Assembly (NCBI GenBank): GCA_900617105.1
Contig: UYFQ01000613.1
Span: 1-34,853, forward strand
Length of the DNA stretch: 34,853 nucleotides
Direction of reading: 5' to 3'
Source: Hydrurus foetidus
Lineage: Eukaryota
Shown: piece after piece, positions 6,489 to 21,400 of the stretch
Numbering within the stretch: the first letter of the stretch is position 1
Layout: every line of letters begins with the position of its first letter
Program-made: the position numbers and the translations under genes
The notes under the pieces: model-generated
The model's database searches: none
The model's input: the letters and a program-made list of their open reading frames with translations, nothing else
Told to the model about the DNA's origin: nothing

Positions 6489-9400
6489 GAACTACATTTG
6501 AGCTGACGAGATCGCCTCGTCGTGAAGCCTGAAAAGTCACTCACCAACAGCTGCTGGAGACCTAGAGACACCGATCCCACTCGACCGCCGACTCTTTCCA
6601 GTTGTTTTAACAACTTCTTCCCACCTTGGAACTACATTTGAGCAGTGCCACACCATCGCCATCGTTTCCGACGCCTAGGAGCAGACTGTCAGTGCCTTCA
6701 AAAGTGACTGCAGCACAGCTGCTGAGATTCCCCCTTCAAAATTGCCACTGACTCTGACGTCGCCGTACACTTAAAACTAACCGCCCATTGAATACATCTT
6801 CTACAGCCACTCAAAATCGCCAGTGCTCCGACGCCTAGGAGCAGACTGTCAGCGCCTTCAAAAGTGCTGCAGCACAGCTGCTGGAGACCCCGAGAGACAC
6901 CGATCCCACTCGACCGCCGACTCTTTCCAGTTGTTTTAACAACTTCATCCCACCTTGGAACTACATTTGAGCAGTGCCACACCATCGCCATCGTGCTCCG
7001 ACGCCTAGGAGCAGACTGTCAGTGCCTTCAAAAGTGACTGCAGCACAGCTGCTGGAGACCCCGAGAGACACCGATCCCACTCGACCGCCGACTCTTTCCA
7101 GTTGTTTTAACAACTTCATCCCACCTTGGAACTACATTTGAGCAGTGCCACACCATCGCCATCGTGCTCCGACGCCTAGGAGCAGACTGTCAGTGCCTTC
7201 AAAAGTGACTGCAGCACAGCTGCTGGAGACCCCCGAGAGACACCGATCCCACTCGACCGCCGACTCTTTCCAGTTGTTTTAACAACTTCATCCCACCTTG
7301 GAACTACATTTGAGCAGTGCCACACCATCGCCATCGTGCTCCGACGCCTAGGAGCAGACTGTCAGTGCCTTCAAAAGTGACTGCAGCACAGCTGCTGGAG
7401 ACCCCCGAGAGACACCGATCCCACTCGACCGCCGACTCTTTCCAGTTGTTTTAACAACTTCATCCCACCTTGGAACTACATTTGAGCAGTGCCACACCAT
7501 CGCCATCGTGCTCCGACGCCTAGGAGCAGACTGTCAGTGCCTTCAAAAGTGACTGCAGCACAGCTGCTGGAGACCCCCGAGAGACACCGATCCCACTCGA
7601 CCGCCGACTCTTTCCAGTTGTTTTAACAACTTCATCCCACCTTGGAACTACATTTGAGCAGTGCCACACCATCGCCATCGTGCTCCGACGCCTAGGAGCA
7701 GACTGTCAGTGCCTTCAAAAGTGACTGCAGCACAGCTGCTGGAGACCCCCGAGAGACACCGATCCCACTCGACCGCCGACTCTTTCCAGTTGTTTTAACA
7801 ACTTCATCCCACCTTGGAACTACATTTGAGCAGTGCCACACCATCGCCATCGTGCTCCGACGCCTAGGAGCAGACTGTCAGTGCCTTCAAAAGTGACTGC
7901 AGCACAGCTGCTGGAGACCCCCGAGAGACACCGATCCCACTCGACCGCCGACTCTTTCCAGTTGTTTTAACAACTTCATCCCACCTTGGAACTACATTTG
8001 AGCAGTGCCACACCATCGCCATCGTGCTCCGACGCCTAGGAGCAGACTGTCAGTGCCTTCAAAAGTGACTGCAGCACAGCTGCTGGAGACCCCCGAGAGA
8101 CACCGATCCCACTCGACCGCCGACTCTTTCCAGTTGTTTTAACAACTTCATCCCACCTTGGAACTACATTTGAGCAGTGCCACACCATCGCCATCGTGCT
8201 CCGACGCCTAGGAGCAGACTGTCAGTGCCTTCAAAAGTGACTGCAGCACAGCTGCTGGAGACCCCCGAGAGACACCGATCCCACTCGACCGCCGACTCTT
8301 TCCAGTTGTTTTAACAACTTCATCCCACCTTGGAACTACATTTGAGCAGTGCCACACCATCGCCATCGTGCTCCGACGCCTAGGAGCAGACTGTCAGTGC
8401 CTTCAAAAGTGACTGCAGCACAGCTGCTGGAGACCCCCGAGAGACACCGATCCCACTCGACCGCCGACTCTTTCCAGTTGTTTTAACAACTTCATCCCAC
8501 CTTGGAACTACATTTGAGCAGTGCCACACCATCGCCATCGTGCTCCGACGCCTAGGAGCAGACTGTCAGTGCCTTCAAAAGTGACTGCAGCACAGCTGCT
8601 GGAGACCCCCGAGAGACACCGATCCCACTCGACCGCCGACTCTTTCCAGTTGTTTTAACAACTTCATCCCACCTTGGAACTACATTTGAGCAGTGCCACA
8701 CCATCGCCATCGTGCTCCGACGCCTAGGAGCAGACTGTCAGTGCCTTCAAAAGTGACTGCAGCACAGCTGCTGGAGACCCCCGAGAGACACCGATCCCAC
8801 TCGACCGCCGACTCTTTCCAGTTGTTTTAACAACTTCATCCCACCTTGGAACTACATTTGAGCAGTGCCACACCATCGCCATCGTGCTCCGACGCCTAGG
8901 AGCAGACTGTCAGTGCCTTCAAAAGTGACTGCAGCACAGCTGCTGGAGACCCCGAGAGACACCGATCCCACTCGACCGCCGACTCTTTCCAGTTGTTTTA
9001 ACAACTTCATCCCACCTTGGAACTACATTTGAGCAGTGCCACACCATCGCCATCGTGCTCCGACGCCTAGGAGCAGACTGTCAGTGCCTTCAAAAGTGAC
9101 TGCAGCACAGCTGCTGGAGACCCCCGAGAGACACCGATCCCACTCGACCGCCGACTCTTTCCAGTTGTTTTAACAACTTCATCCCACCTTGGAACTACAT
9201 TTGAGCAGTGCCACACCATCGCCATCGTGCTCCGACGCCTAGGAGCAGACTGTCAGTGCCTTCAAAAGTGACTGCAGCACAGCTGCTGGAGACCCCGAGA
9301 GACACCGATCCCACTCGACCGCCGACTCTTTCCAGTTGTTTTAACAACTTCATCCCACCTTGGAACTACATTTGAGCAGTGCCACACCATCGCCATCGTG

Positions 9401-12400
9401 CTCCGACGCCTAGGAGCAGACTGTCAGTGCCTTCAAAAGTGACTGCAGCACAGCTGCTGGAGACCCCCGAGAGACACCGATCCCACTCGACCGCCGACTC
9501 TTTCCAGTTGTTTTAACAACTTCATCCCACCTTGGAACTACATTTGAGCAGTGCCACACCATCGCCATCGTGCTCCGACGCCTAGGAGCAGACTGTCAGT
9601 GCCTTCAAAAGTGACTGCAGCACAGCTGCTGGAGACCCCCGAGAGACACCGATCCCACTCGACCGCCGACTCTTTCCAGTTGTTTTAACAACTTCATCCC
9701 ACCTTGGAACTACATTTGAGCAGTGCCACACCATCGCCATCGTGCTCCGACGCCTAGGAGCAGACTGTCAGTGCCTTCAAAAGTGACTGCAGCACAGCTG
9801 CTGGAGACCCCCGAGAGACACCGATCCCACTCGACCGCCGACTCTTTCCAGTTGTTTTAACAACTTCATCCCACCTTGGAACTACATTTGAGCAGTGCCA
9901 CACCATCGCCATCGTGCTCCGACGCCTAGGAGCAGACTGTCAGTGCCTTCAAAAGTGACTGCAGCACAGCTGCTGGAGACCCCCGAGAGACACCGATCCC
10001 ACTCGACCGCCGACTCTTTCCAGTTGTTTTAACAACTTCATCCCACCTTGGAACTACATTTGAGCAGTGCCACACCATCGCCATCGTGCTCCGACGCCTA
10101 GGAGCAGACTGTCAGTGCCTTCAAAAGTGACTGCAGCACAGCTGCTGGAGACCCCCGAGAGACACCGATCCCACTCGACCGCCGACTCTTTCCAGTTGTT
10201 TTAACAACTTCATCCCACCTTGGAACTACATTTGAGCAGTGCCACACCATCGCCATCGTGCTCCGACGCCTAGGAGCAGACTGTCAGTGCCTTCAAAAGT
10301 GACTGCAGCACAGCTGCTGGAGACCCCCGAGAGACACCGATCCCACTCGACCGCCGACTCTTTCCAGTTGTTTTAACAACTTCATCCCACCTTGGAACTA
10401 CATTTGAGCAGTGCCACACCATCGCCATCGTGCTCCGACGCCTAGGAGCAGACTGTCAGTGCCTTCAAAAGTGACTGCAGCACAGCTGCTGGAGACCCCC
10501 GAGAGACACCGATCCCACTCGACCGCCGACTCTTTCCAGTTGTTTTAACAACTTCATCCCACCTTGGAACTACATTTGAGCAGTGCCACACCATCGCCAT
10601 CGTGCTCCGACGCCTAGGAGCAGACTGTCAGTGCCTTCAAAAGTGACTGCAGCACAGCTGCTGGAGACCCCCGAGAGACACCGATCCCACTCGACCGCCG
10701 ACTCTTTCCAGTTGTTTTAACAACTTCATCCCACCTTGGAACTACATTTGAGCAGTGCCACACCATCGCCATCGTGCTCCGACGCCTAGGAGCAGACTGT
10801 CAGTGCCTTCAAAAGTGACTGCAGCACAGCTGCTGGAGACCCCCGAGAGACACCGATCCCACTCGACCGCCGACTCTTTCCAGTTGTTTTAACAACTTCA
10901 TCCCACCTTGGAACTACATTTGAGCAGTGCCACACCATCGCCATCGTGCTCCGACGCCTAGGAGCAGACTGTCAGTGCCTTCAAAAGTGACTGCAGCACA
11001 GCTGCTGGAGACCCCCGAGAGACACCGATCCCACTCGACCGCCGACTCTTTCCAGTTGTTTTAACAACTTCATCCCACCTTGGAACTACATTTGAGCAGT
11101 GCCACACCATCGCCATCGTGCTCCGACGCCTAGGAGCAGACTGTCAGTGCCTTCAAAAGTGACTGCAGCACAGCTGCTGGAGACCCCCGAGAGACACCGA
11201 TCCCACTCGACCGCCGACTCTTTCCAGTTGTTTTAACAACTTCATCCCACCTTGGAACTACATTTGAGCAGTGCCACACCATCGCCATCGTGCTCCGACG
11301 CCTAGGAGCAGACTGTCAGTGCCTTCAAAAGTGACTGCAGCACAGCTGCTGGAGACCCCCGAGAGACACCGATCCCACTCGACCGCCGACTCTTTCCAGT
11401 TGTTTTAACAACTTCATCCCACCTTGGAACTACATTTGAGCAGTGCCACACCATCGCCATCGTGCTCCGACGCCTAGGAGCAGACTGTCAGTGCCTTCAA
11501 AAGTGACTGCAGCACAGCTGCTGGAGACCCCCGAGAGACACCGATCCCACTCGACCGCCGACTCTTTCCAGTTGTTTTAACAACTTCATCCCACCTTGGA
11601 ACTACATTTGAGCAGTGCCACACCATCGCCATCGTGCTCCGACGCCTAGGAGCAGACTGTCAGTGCCTTCAAAAGTGACTGCAGCACAGCTGCTGGAGAC
11701 CCCCGAGAGACACCGATCCCACTCGACCGCCGACTCTTTCCAGTTGTTTTAACAACTTCATCCCACCTTGGAACTACATTTGAGCAGTGCCACACCATCG
11801 CCATCGTGCTCCGACGCCTAGGAGCAGACTGTCAGTGCCTTCAAAAGTGACTGCAGCACAGCTGCTGGAGACCCCCGAGAGACACCGATCCCACTCGACC
11901 GCCGACTCTTTCCAGTTGTTTTAACAACTTCATCCCACCTTGGAACTACATTTGAGCAGTGCCACACCATCGCCATCGTGCTCCGACGCCTAGGAGCAGA
12001 CTGTCAGTGCCTTCAAAAGTGACTGCAGCACAGCTGCTGGAGACCCCCGAGAGACACCGATCCCACTCGACCGCCGACTCTTTCCAGTTGTTTTAACAAC
12101 TTCATCCCACCTTGGAACTACATTTGAGCAGTGCCACACCATCGCCATCGTGCTCCGACGCCTAGGAGCAGACTGTCAGTGCCTTCAAAAGTGACTGCAG
12201 CACAGCTGCTGGAGACCCCCGAGAGACACCGATCCCACTCGACCGCCGACTCTTTCCAGTTGTTTTAACAACTTCATCCCACCTTGGAACTACATTTGAG
12301 CAGTGCCACACCATCGCCATCGTGCTCCGACGCCTAGGAGCAGACTGTCAGTGCCTTCAAAAGTGACTGCAGCACAGCTGCTGGAGACCCCCGAGAGACA

Positions 12401-15400
12401 CCGATCCCACTCGACCGCCGACTCTTTCCAGTTGTTTTAACAACTTCATCCCACCTTGGAACTACATTTGAGCAGTGCCACACCATCGCCATCGTGCTCC
12501 GACGCCTAGGAGCAGACTGTCAGTGCCTTCAAAAGTGACTGCAGCACAGCTGCTGGAGACCCCCGAGAGACACCGATCCCACTCGACCGCCGACTCTTTC
12601 CAGTTGTTTTAACAACTTCATCCCACCTTGGAACTACATTTGAGCAGTGCCACACCATCGCCATCGTGCTCCGACGCCTAGGAGCAGACTGTCAGTGCCT
12701 TCAAAAGTGACTGCAGCACAGCTGCTGGAGACCCCGAGAGACACCGATCCCACTCGACCGCCGACTCTTTCCAGTTGTTTTAACAACTTCATCCCACCTT
12801 GGAACTACATTTGAGCAGTGCCACACCATCGCCATCGTGCTCCGACGCCTAGGAGCAGACTGTCAGTGCCTTCAAAAGTGACTGCAGCACAGCTGCTGGA
12901 GACCCCCGAGAGACACCGATCCCACTCGACCGCCGACTCTTTCCAGTTGTTTTAACAACTTCATCCCACCTTGGAACTACATTTGAGCAGTGCCACACCA
13001 TCGCCATCGTGCTCCGACGCCTAGGAGCAGACTGTCAGTGCCTTCAAAAGTGACTGCAGCACAGCTGCTGGAGACCCCGAGAGACACCGATCCCACTCGA
13101 CCGCCGACTCTTTCCAGTTGTTTTAACAACTTCATCCCACCTTGGAACTACATTTGAGCAGTGCCACACCATCGCCATCGTGCTCCGACGCCTAGGAGCA
13201 GACTGTCAGTGCCTTCAAAAGTGACTGCAGCACAGCTGCTGGAGACCCCCGAGAGACACCGATCCCACTCGACCGCCGACTCTTTCCAGTTGTTTTAACA
13301 ACTTCATCCCACCTTGGAACTACATTTGAGCAGTGCCACACCATCGCCATCGTGCTCCGACGCCTAGGAGCAGACTGTCAGTGCCTTCAAAAGTGACTGC
13401 AGCACAGCTGCTGGAGACCCCCGAGAGACACCGATCCCACTCGACCGCCGACTCTTTCCAGTTGTTTTAACAACTTCATCCCACCTTGGAACTACATTTG
13501 AGCAGTGCCACACCATCGCCATCGTGCTCCGACGCCTAGGAGCAGACTGTCAGTGCCTTCAAAAGTGACTGCAGCACAGCTGCTGGAGACCCCCGAGAGA
13601 CACCGATCCCACTCGACCGCCGACTCTTTCCAGTTGTTTTAACAACTTCATCCCACCTTGGAACTACATTTGAGCAGTGCCACACCATCGCCATCGTGCT
13701 CCGACGCCTAGGAGCAGACTGTCAGTGCCTTCAAAAGTGACTGCAGCACAGCTGCTGGAGACCCCGAGAGACACCGATCCCACTCGACCGCCGACTCTTT
13801 CCAGTTGTTTTAACAACTTCATCCCACCTTGGAACTACATTTGAGCAGTGCCACACCATCGCCATCGTGCTCCGACGCCTAGGAGCAGACTGTCAGTGCC
13901 TTCAAAAGTGACTGCAGCACAGCTGCTGGAGACCCCCGAGAGACACCGATCCCACTCGACCGCCGACTCTTTCCAGTTGTTTTAACAACTTCATCCCACC
14001 TTGGAACTACATTTGAGCAGTGCCACACCATCGCCATCGTGCTCCGACGCCTAGGAGCAGACTGTCAGTGCCTTCAAAAGTGACTGCAGCACAGCTGCTG
14101 GAGACCCCCGAGAGACACCGATCCCACTCGACCGCCGACTCTTTCCAGTTGTTTTAACAACTTCATCCCACCTTGGAACTACATTTGAGCAGTGCCACAC
14201 CATCGCCATCGTGCTCCGACGCCTAGGAGCAGACTGTCAGTGCCTTCAAAAGTGACTGCAGCACAGCTGCTGGAGACCCCCGAGAGACACCGATCCCACT
14301 CGACCGCCGACTCTTTCCAGTTGTTTTAACAACTTCATCCCACCTTGGAACTACATTTGAGCAGTGCCACACCATCGCCATCGTGCTCCGACGCCTAGGA
14401 GCAGACTGTCAGTGCCTTCAAAAGTGACTGCAGCACAGCTGCTGGAGACCCCCGAGAGACACCGATCCCACTCGACCGCCGACTCTTTCCAGTTGTTTTA
14501 ACAACTTCATCCCACCTTGGAACTACATTTGAGCAGTGCCACACCATCGCCATCGTGCTCCGACGCCTAGGAGCAGACTGTCAGTGCCTTCAAAAGTGAC
14601 TGCAGCACAGCTGCTGGAGACCCCCGAGAGACACCGATCCCACTCGACCGCCGACTCTTTCCAGTTGTTTTAACAACTTCATCCCACCTTGGAACTACAT
14701 TTGAGCAGTGCCACACCATCGCCATCGTGCTCCGACGCCTAGGAGCAGACTGTCAGTGCCTTCAAAAGTGACTGCAGCACAGCTGCTGGAGACCCCCGAG
14801 AGACACCGATCCCACTCGACCGCCGACTCTTTCCAGTTGTTTTAACAACTTCATCCCACCTTGGAACTACATTTGAGCAGTGCCACACCATCGCCATCGT
14901 GCTCCGACGCCTAGGAGCAGACTGTCAGTGCCTTCAAAAGTGACTGCAGCACAGCTGCTGGAGACCCCCGAGAGACACCGATCCCACTCGACCGCCGACT
15001 CTTTCCAGTTGTTTTAACAACTTCATCCCACCTTGGAACTACATTTGAGCAGTGCCACACCATCGCCATCGTGCTCCGACGCCTAGGAGCAGACTGTCAG
15101 TGCCTTCAAAAGTGACTGCAGCACAGCTGCTGGAGACCCCCGAGAGACACCGATCCCACTCGACCGCCGACTCTTTCCAGTTGTTTTAACAACTTCATCC
15201 CACCTTGGAACTACATTTGAGCAGTGCCACACCATCGCCATCGTGCTCCGACGCCTAGGAGCAGACTGTCAGTGCCTTCAAAAGTGACTGCAGCACAGCT
15301 GCTGGAGACCCCCGAGAGACACCGATCCCACTCGACCGCCGACTCTTTCCAGTTGTTTTAACAACTTCATCCCACCTTGGAACTACATTTGAGCAGTGCC

Positions 15401-18400
15401 ACACCATCGCCATCGTGCTCCGACGCCTAGGAGCAGACTGTCAGTGCCTTCAAAAGTGACTGCAGCACAGCTGCTGGAGACCCCGAGAGACACCGATCCC
15501 ACTCGACCGCCGACTCTTTCCAGTTGTTTTAACAACTTCATCCCACCTTGGAACTACATTTGAGCAGTGCCACACCATCGCCATCGTGCTCCGACGCCTA
15601 GGAGCAGACTGTCAGTGCCTTCAAAAGTGACTGCAGCACAGCTGCTGGAGACCCCCGAGAGACACCGATCCCACTCGACCGCCGACTCTTTCCAGTTGTT
15701 TTAACAACTTCATCCCACCTTGGAACTACATTTGAGCAGTGCCACACCATCGCCATCGTGCTCCGACGCCTAGGAGCAGACTGTCAGTGCCTTCAAAAGT
15801 GACTGCAGCACAGCTGCTGGAGACCCCCGAGAGACACCGATCCCACTCGACCGCCGACTCTTTCCAGTTGTTTTAACAACTTCATCCCACCTTGGAACTA
15901 CATTTGAGCAGTGCCACACCATCGCCATCGTGCTCCGACGCCTAGGAGCAGACTGTCAGTGCCTTCAAAAGTGACTGCAGCACAGCTGCTGGAGACCCCC
16001 GAGAGACACCGATCCCACTCGACCGCCGACTCTTTCCAGTTGTTTTAACAACTTCATCCCACCTTGGAACTACATTTGAGCAGTGCCACACCATCGCCAT
16101 CGTGCTCCGACGCCTAGGAGCAGACTGTCAGTGCCTTCAAAAGTGACTGCAGCACAGCTGCTGGAGACCCCCGAGAGACACCGATCCCACTCGACCGCCG
16201 ACTCTTTCCAGTTGTTTTAACAACTTCATCCCACCTTGGAACTACATTTGAGCAGTGCCACACCATCGCCATCGTGCTCCGACGCCTAGGAGCAGACTGT
16301 CAGTGCCTTCAAAAGTGACTGCAGCACAGCTGCTGGAGACCCCCGAGAGACACCGATCCCACTCGACCGCCGACTCTTTCCAGTTGTTTTAACAACTTCA
16401 TCCCACCTTGGAACTACATTTGAGCAGTGCCACACCATCGCCATCGTGCTCCGACGCCTAGGAGCAGACTGTCAGTGCCTTCAAAAGTGACTGCAGCACA
16501 GCTGCTGGAGACCCCCGAGAGACACCGATCCCACTCGACCGCCGACTCTTTCCAGTTGTTTTAACAACTTCATCCCACCTTGGAACTACATTTGAGCAGT
16601 GCCACACCATCGCCATCGTGCTCCGACGCCTAGGAGCAGACTGTCAGTGCCTTCAAAAGTGACTGCAGCACAGCTGCTGGAGACCCCCGAGAGACACCGA
16701 TCCCACTCGACCGCCGACTCTTTCCAGTTGTTTTAACAACTTCATCCCACCTTGGAACTACATTTGAGCAGTGCCACACCATCGCCATCGTGCTCCGACG
16801 CCTAGGAGCAGACTGTCAGTGCCTTCAAAAGTGACTGCAGCACAGCTGCTGGAGACCCCCGAGAGACACCGATCCCACTCGACCGCCGACTCTTTCCAGT
16901 TGTTTTAACAACTTCATCCCACCTTGGAACTACATTTGAGCAGTGCCACACCATCGCCATCGTGCTCCGACGCCTAGGAGCAGACTGTCAGTGCCTTCAA
17001 AAGTGACTGCAGCACAGCTGCTGGAGACCCCCGAGAGACACCGATCCCACTCGACCGCCGACTCTTTCCAGTTGTTTTAACAACTTCATCCCACCTTGGA
17101 ACTACATTTGAGCAGTGCCACACCATCGCCATCGTGCTCCGACGCCTAGGAGCAGACTGTCAGTGCCTTCAAAAGTGACTGCAGCACAGCTGCTGGAGAC
17201 CCCCGAGAGACACCGATCCCACTCGACCGCCGACTCTTTCCAGTTGTTTTAACAACTTCATCCCACCTTGGAACTACATTTGAGCAGTGCCACACCATCG
17301 CCATCGTGCTCCGACGCCTAGGAGCAGACTGTCAGTGCCTTCAAAAGTGACTGCAGCACAGCTGCTGGAGACCCCCGAGAGACACCGATCCCACTCGACC
17401 GCCGACTCTTTCCAGTTGTTTTAACAACTTCATCCCACCTTGGAACTACATTTGAGCAGTGCCACACCATCGCCATCGTGCTCCGACGCCTAGGAGCAGA
17501 CTGTCAGTGCCTTCAAAAGTGACTGCAGCACAGCTGCTGGAGACCCCGAGAGACACCGATCCCACTCGACCGCCGACTCTTTCCAGTTGTTTTAACAACT
17601 TCATCCCACCTTGGAACTACATTTGAGCAGTGCCACACCATCGCCATCGTGCTCCGACGCCTAGGAGCAGACTGTCAGTGCCTTCAAAAGTGACTGCAGC
17701 ACAGCTGCTGGAGACCCCCGAGAGACACCGATCCCACTCGACCGCCGACTCTTTCCAGTTGTTTTAACAACTTCATCCCACCTTGGAACTACATTTGAGC
17801 AGTGCCACACCATCGCCATCGTGCTCCGACGCCTAGGAGCAGACTGTCAGTGCCTTCAAAAGTGACTGCAGCACAGCTGCTGGAGACCCCCGAGAGACAC
17901 CGATCCCACTCGACCGCCGACTCTTTCCAGTTGTTTTAACAACTTCATCCCACCTTGGAACTACATTTGAGCAGTGCCACACCATCGCCATCGTGCTCCG
18001 ACGCCTAGGAGCAGACTGTCAGTGCCTTCAAAAGTGACTGCAGCACAGCTGCTGGAGACCCCCGAGAGACACCGATCCCACTCGACCGCCGACTCTTTCC
18101 AGTTGTTTTAACAACTTCATCCCACCTTGGAACTACATTTGAGCAGTGCCACACCATCGCCATCGTGCTCCGACGCCTAGGAGCAGACTGTCAGTGCCTT
18201 CAAAAGTGACTGCAGCACAGCTGCTGGAGACCCCCGAGAGACACCGATCCCACTCGACCGCCGACTCTTTCCAGTTGTTTTAACAACTTCATCCCACCTT
18301 GGAACTACATTTGAGCAGTGCCACACCATCGCCATCGTGCTCCGACGCCTAGGAGCAGACTGTCAGTGCCTTCAAAAGTGACTGCAGCACAGCTGCTGGA

Positions 18401-21400
18401 GACCCCCGAGAGACACCGATCCCACTCGACCGCCGACTCTTTCCAGTTGTTTTAACAACTTCATCCCACCTTGGAACTACATTTGAGCAGTGCCACACCA
18501 TCGCCATCGTGCTCCGACGCCTAGGAGCAGACTGTCAGTGCCTTCAAAAGTGACTGCAGCACAGCTGCTGGAGACCCCCGAGAGACACCGATCCCACTCG
18601 ACCGCCGACTCTTTCCAGTTGTTTTAACAACTTCATCCCACCTTGGAACTACATTTGAGCAGTGCCACACCATCGCCATCGTGCTCCGACGCCTAGGAGC
18701 AGACTGTCAGTGCCTTCAAAAGTGACTGCAGCACAGCTGCTGGAGACCCCCGAGAGACACCGATCCCACTCGACCGCCGACTCTTTCCAGTTGTTTTAAC
18801 AACTTCATCCCACCTTGGAACTACATTTGAGCAGTGCCACACCATCGCCATCGTGCTCCGACGCCTAGGAGCAGACTGTCAGTGCCTTCAAAAGTGACTG
18901 CAGCACAGCTGCTGGAGACCCCCGAGAGACACCGATCCCACTCGACCGCCGACTCTTTCCAGTTGTTTTAACAACTTCATCCCACCTTGGAACTACATTT
19001 GAGCAGTGCCACACCATCGCCATCGTGCTCCGACGCCTAGGAGCAGACTGTCAGTGCCTTCAAAAGTGACTGCAGCACAGCTGCTGGAGACCCCCGAGAG
19101 ACACCGATCCCACTCGACCGCCGACTCTTTCCAGTTGTTTTAACAACTTCATCCCACCTTGGAACTACATTTGAGCAGTGCCACACCATCGCCATCGTGC
19201 TCCGACGCCTAGGAGCAGACTGTCAGTGCCTTCAAAAGTGACTGCAGCACAGCTGCTGGAGACCCCCGAGAGACACCGATCCCACTCGACCGCCGACTCT
19301 TTCCAGTTGTTTTAACAACTTCATCCCACCTTGGAACTACATTTGAGCAGTGCCACACCATCGCCATCGTGCTCCGACGCCTAGGAGCAGACTGTCAGTG
19401 CCTTCAAAAGTGACTGCAGCACAGCTGCTGGAGACCCCCGAGAGACACCGATCCCACTCGACCGCCGACTCTTTCCAGTTGTTTTAACAACTTCATCCCA
19501 CCTTGGAACTACATTTGAGCAGTGCCACACCATCGCCATCGTGCTCCGACGCCTAGGAGCAGACTGTCAGTGCCTTCAAAAGTGACTGCAGCACAGCTGC
19601 TGGAGACCCCCGAGAGACACCGATCCCACTCGACCGCCGACTCTTTCCAGTTGTTTTAACAACTTCATCCCACCTTGGAACTACATTTGAGCAGTGCCAC
19701 ACCATCGCCATCGTGCTCCGACGCCTAGGAGCAGACTGTCAGTGCCTTCAAAAGTGACTGCAGCACAGCTGCTGGAGACCCCCGAGAGACACCGATCCCA
19801 CTCGACCGCCGACTCTTTCCAGTTGTTTTAACAACTTCATCCCACCTTGGAACTACATTTGAGCAGTGCCACACCATCGCCATCGTGCTCCGACGCCTAG
19901 GAGCAGACTGTCAGTGCCTTCAAAAGTGACTGCAGCACAGCTGCTGGAGACCCCCGAGAGACACCGATCCCACTCGACCGCCGACTCTTTCCAGTTGTTT
20001 TAACAACTTCATCCCACCTTGGAACTACATTTGAGCAGTGCCACACCATCGCCATCGTGCTCCGACGCCTAGGAGCAGACTGTCAGTGCCTTCAAAAGTG
20101 ACTGCAGCACAGCTGCTGGAGACCCCCGAGAGACACCGATCCCACTCGACCGCCGACTCTTTCCAGTTGTTTTAACAACTTCATCCCACCTTGGAACTAC
20201 ATTTGAGCAGTGCCACACCATCGCCATCGTGCTCCGACGCCTAGGAGCAGACTGTCAGTGCCTTCAAAAGTGACTGCAGCACAGCTGCTGGAGACCCCCG
20301 AGAGACACCGATCCCACTCGACCGCCGACTCTTTCCAGTTGTTTTAACAACTTCATCCCACCTTGGAACTACATTTGAGCAGTGCCACACCATCGCCATC
20401 GTGCTCCGACGCCTAGGAGCAGACTGTCAGTGCCTTCAAAAGTGACTGCAGCACAGCTGCTGGAGACCCCCGAGAGACACCGATCCCACTCGACCGCCGA
20501 CTCTTTCCAGTTGTTTTAACAACTTCATCCCACCTTGGAACTACATTTGAGCAGTGCCACACCATCGCCATCGTGCTCCGACGCCTAGGAGCAGACTGTC
20601 AGTGCCTTCAAAAGTGACTGCAGCACAGCTGCTGGAGACCCCCGAGAGACACCGATCCCACTCGACCGCCGACTCTTTCCAGTTGTTTTAACAACTTCAT
20701 CCCACCTTGGAACTACATTTGAGCAGTGCCACACCATCGCCATCGTGCTCCGACGCCTAGGAGCAGACTGTCAGTGCCTTCAAAAGTGACTGCAGCACAG
20801 CTGCTGGAGACCCCCGAGAGACACCGATCCCACTCGACCGCCGACTCTTTCCAGTTGTTTTAACAACTTCATCCCACCTTGGAACTACATTTGAGCAGTG
20901 CCACACCATCGCCATCGTGCTCCGACGCCTAGGAGCAGACTGTCAGTGCCTTCAAAAGTGACTGCAGCACAGCTGCTGGAGACCCCCGAGAGACACCGAT
21001 CCCACTCGACCGCCGACTCTTTCCAGTTGTTTTAACAACTTCATCCCACCTTGGAACTACATTTGAGCAGTGCCACACCATCGCCATCGTGCTCCGACGC
21101 CTAGGAGCAGACTGTCAGTGCCTTCAAAAGTGACTGCAGCACAGCTGCTGGAGACCCCCGAGAGACACCGATCCCACTCGACCGCCGACTCTTTCCAGTT
21201 GTTTTAACAACTTCATCCCACCTTGGAACTACATTTGAGCAGTGCCACACCATCGCCATCGTGCTCCGACGCCTAGGAGCAGACTGTCAGTGCCTTCAAA
21301 AGTGACTGCAGCACAGCTGCTGGAGACCCCCGAGAGACACCGATCCCACTCGACCGCCGACTCTTTCCAGTTGTTTTAACAACTTCATCCCACCTTGGAA

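Noticed and set aside
6503..6538. CTGACGA...GAAA hammerhead-like motif at the array edge
   Set aside because: No stem II closes next to GAAA, and the GACGAG/CTCGTC hairpin sequesters the would-be core.
14485..14515. Hammerhead ribozyme (retrozyme-like satellite): minus strand reads GGGATGA-AGTTGTTAAAACAACT-GGAAAG
   Set aside because: The core is GGGAUGA rather than CUGANGA, there is an extra G before GAAA, and no stem I can form. An Infernal scan would settle it, but it fails the canonical pattern.
14401..14572. Origin of the monomer from a ~43-bp subrepeat (ATCCCAC, GAGCAG, CAGTGCC each occur twice)
   Set aside because: Spacings are inconsistent and the quarters do not align overall.
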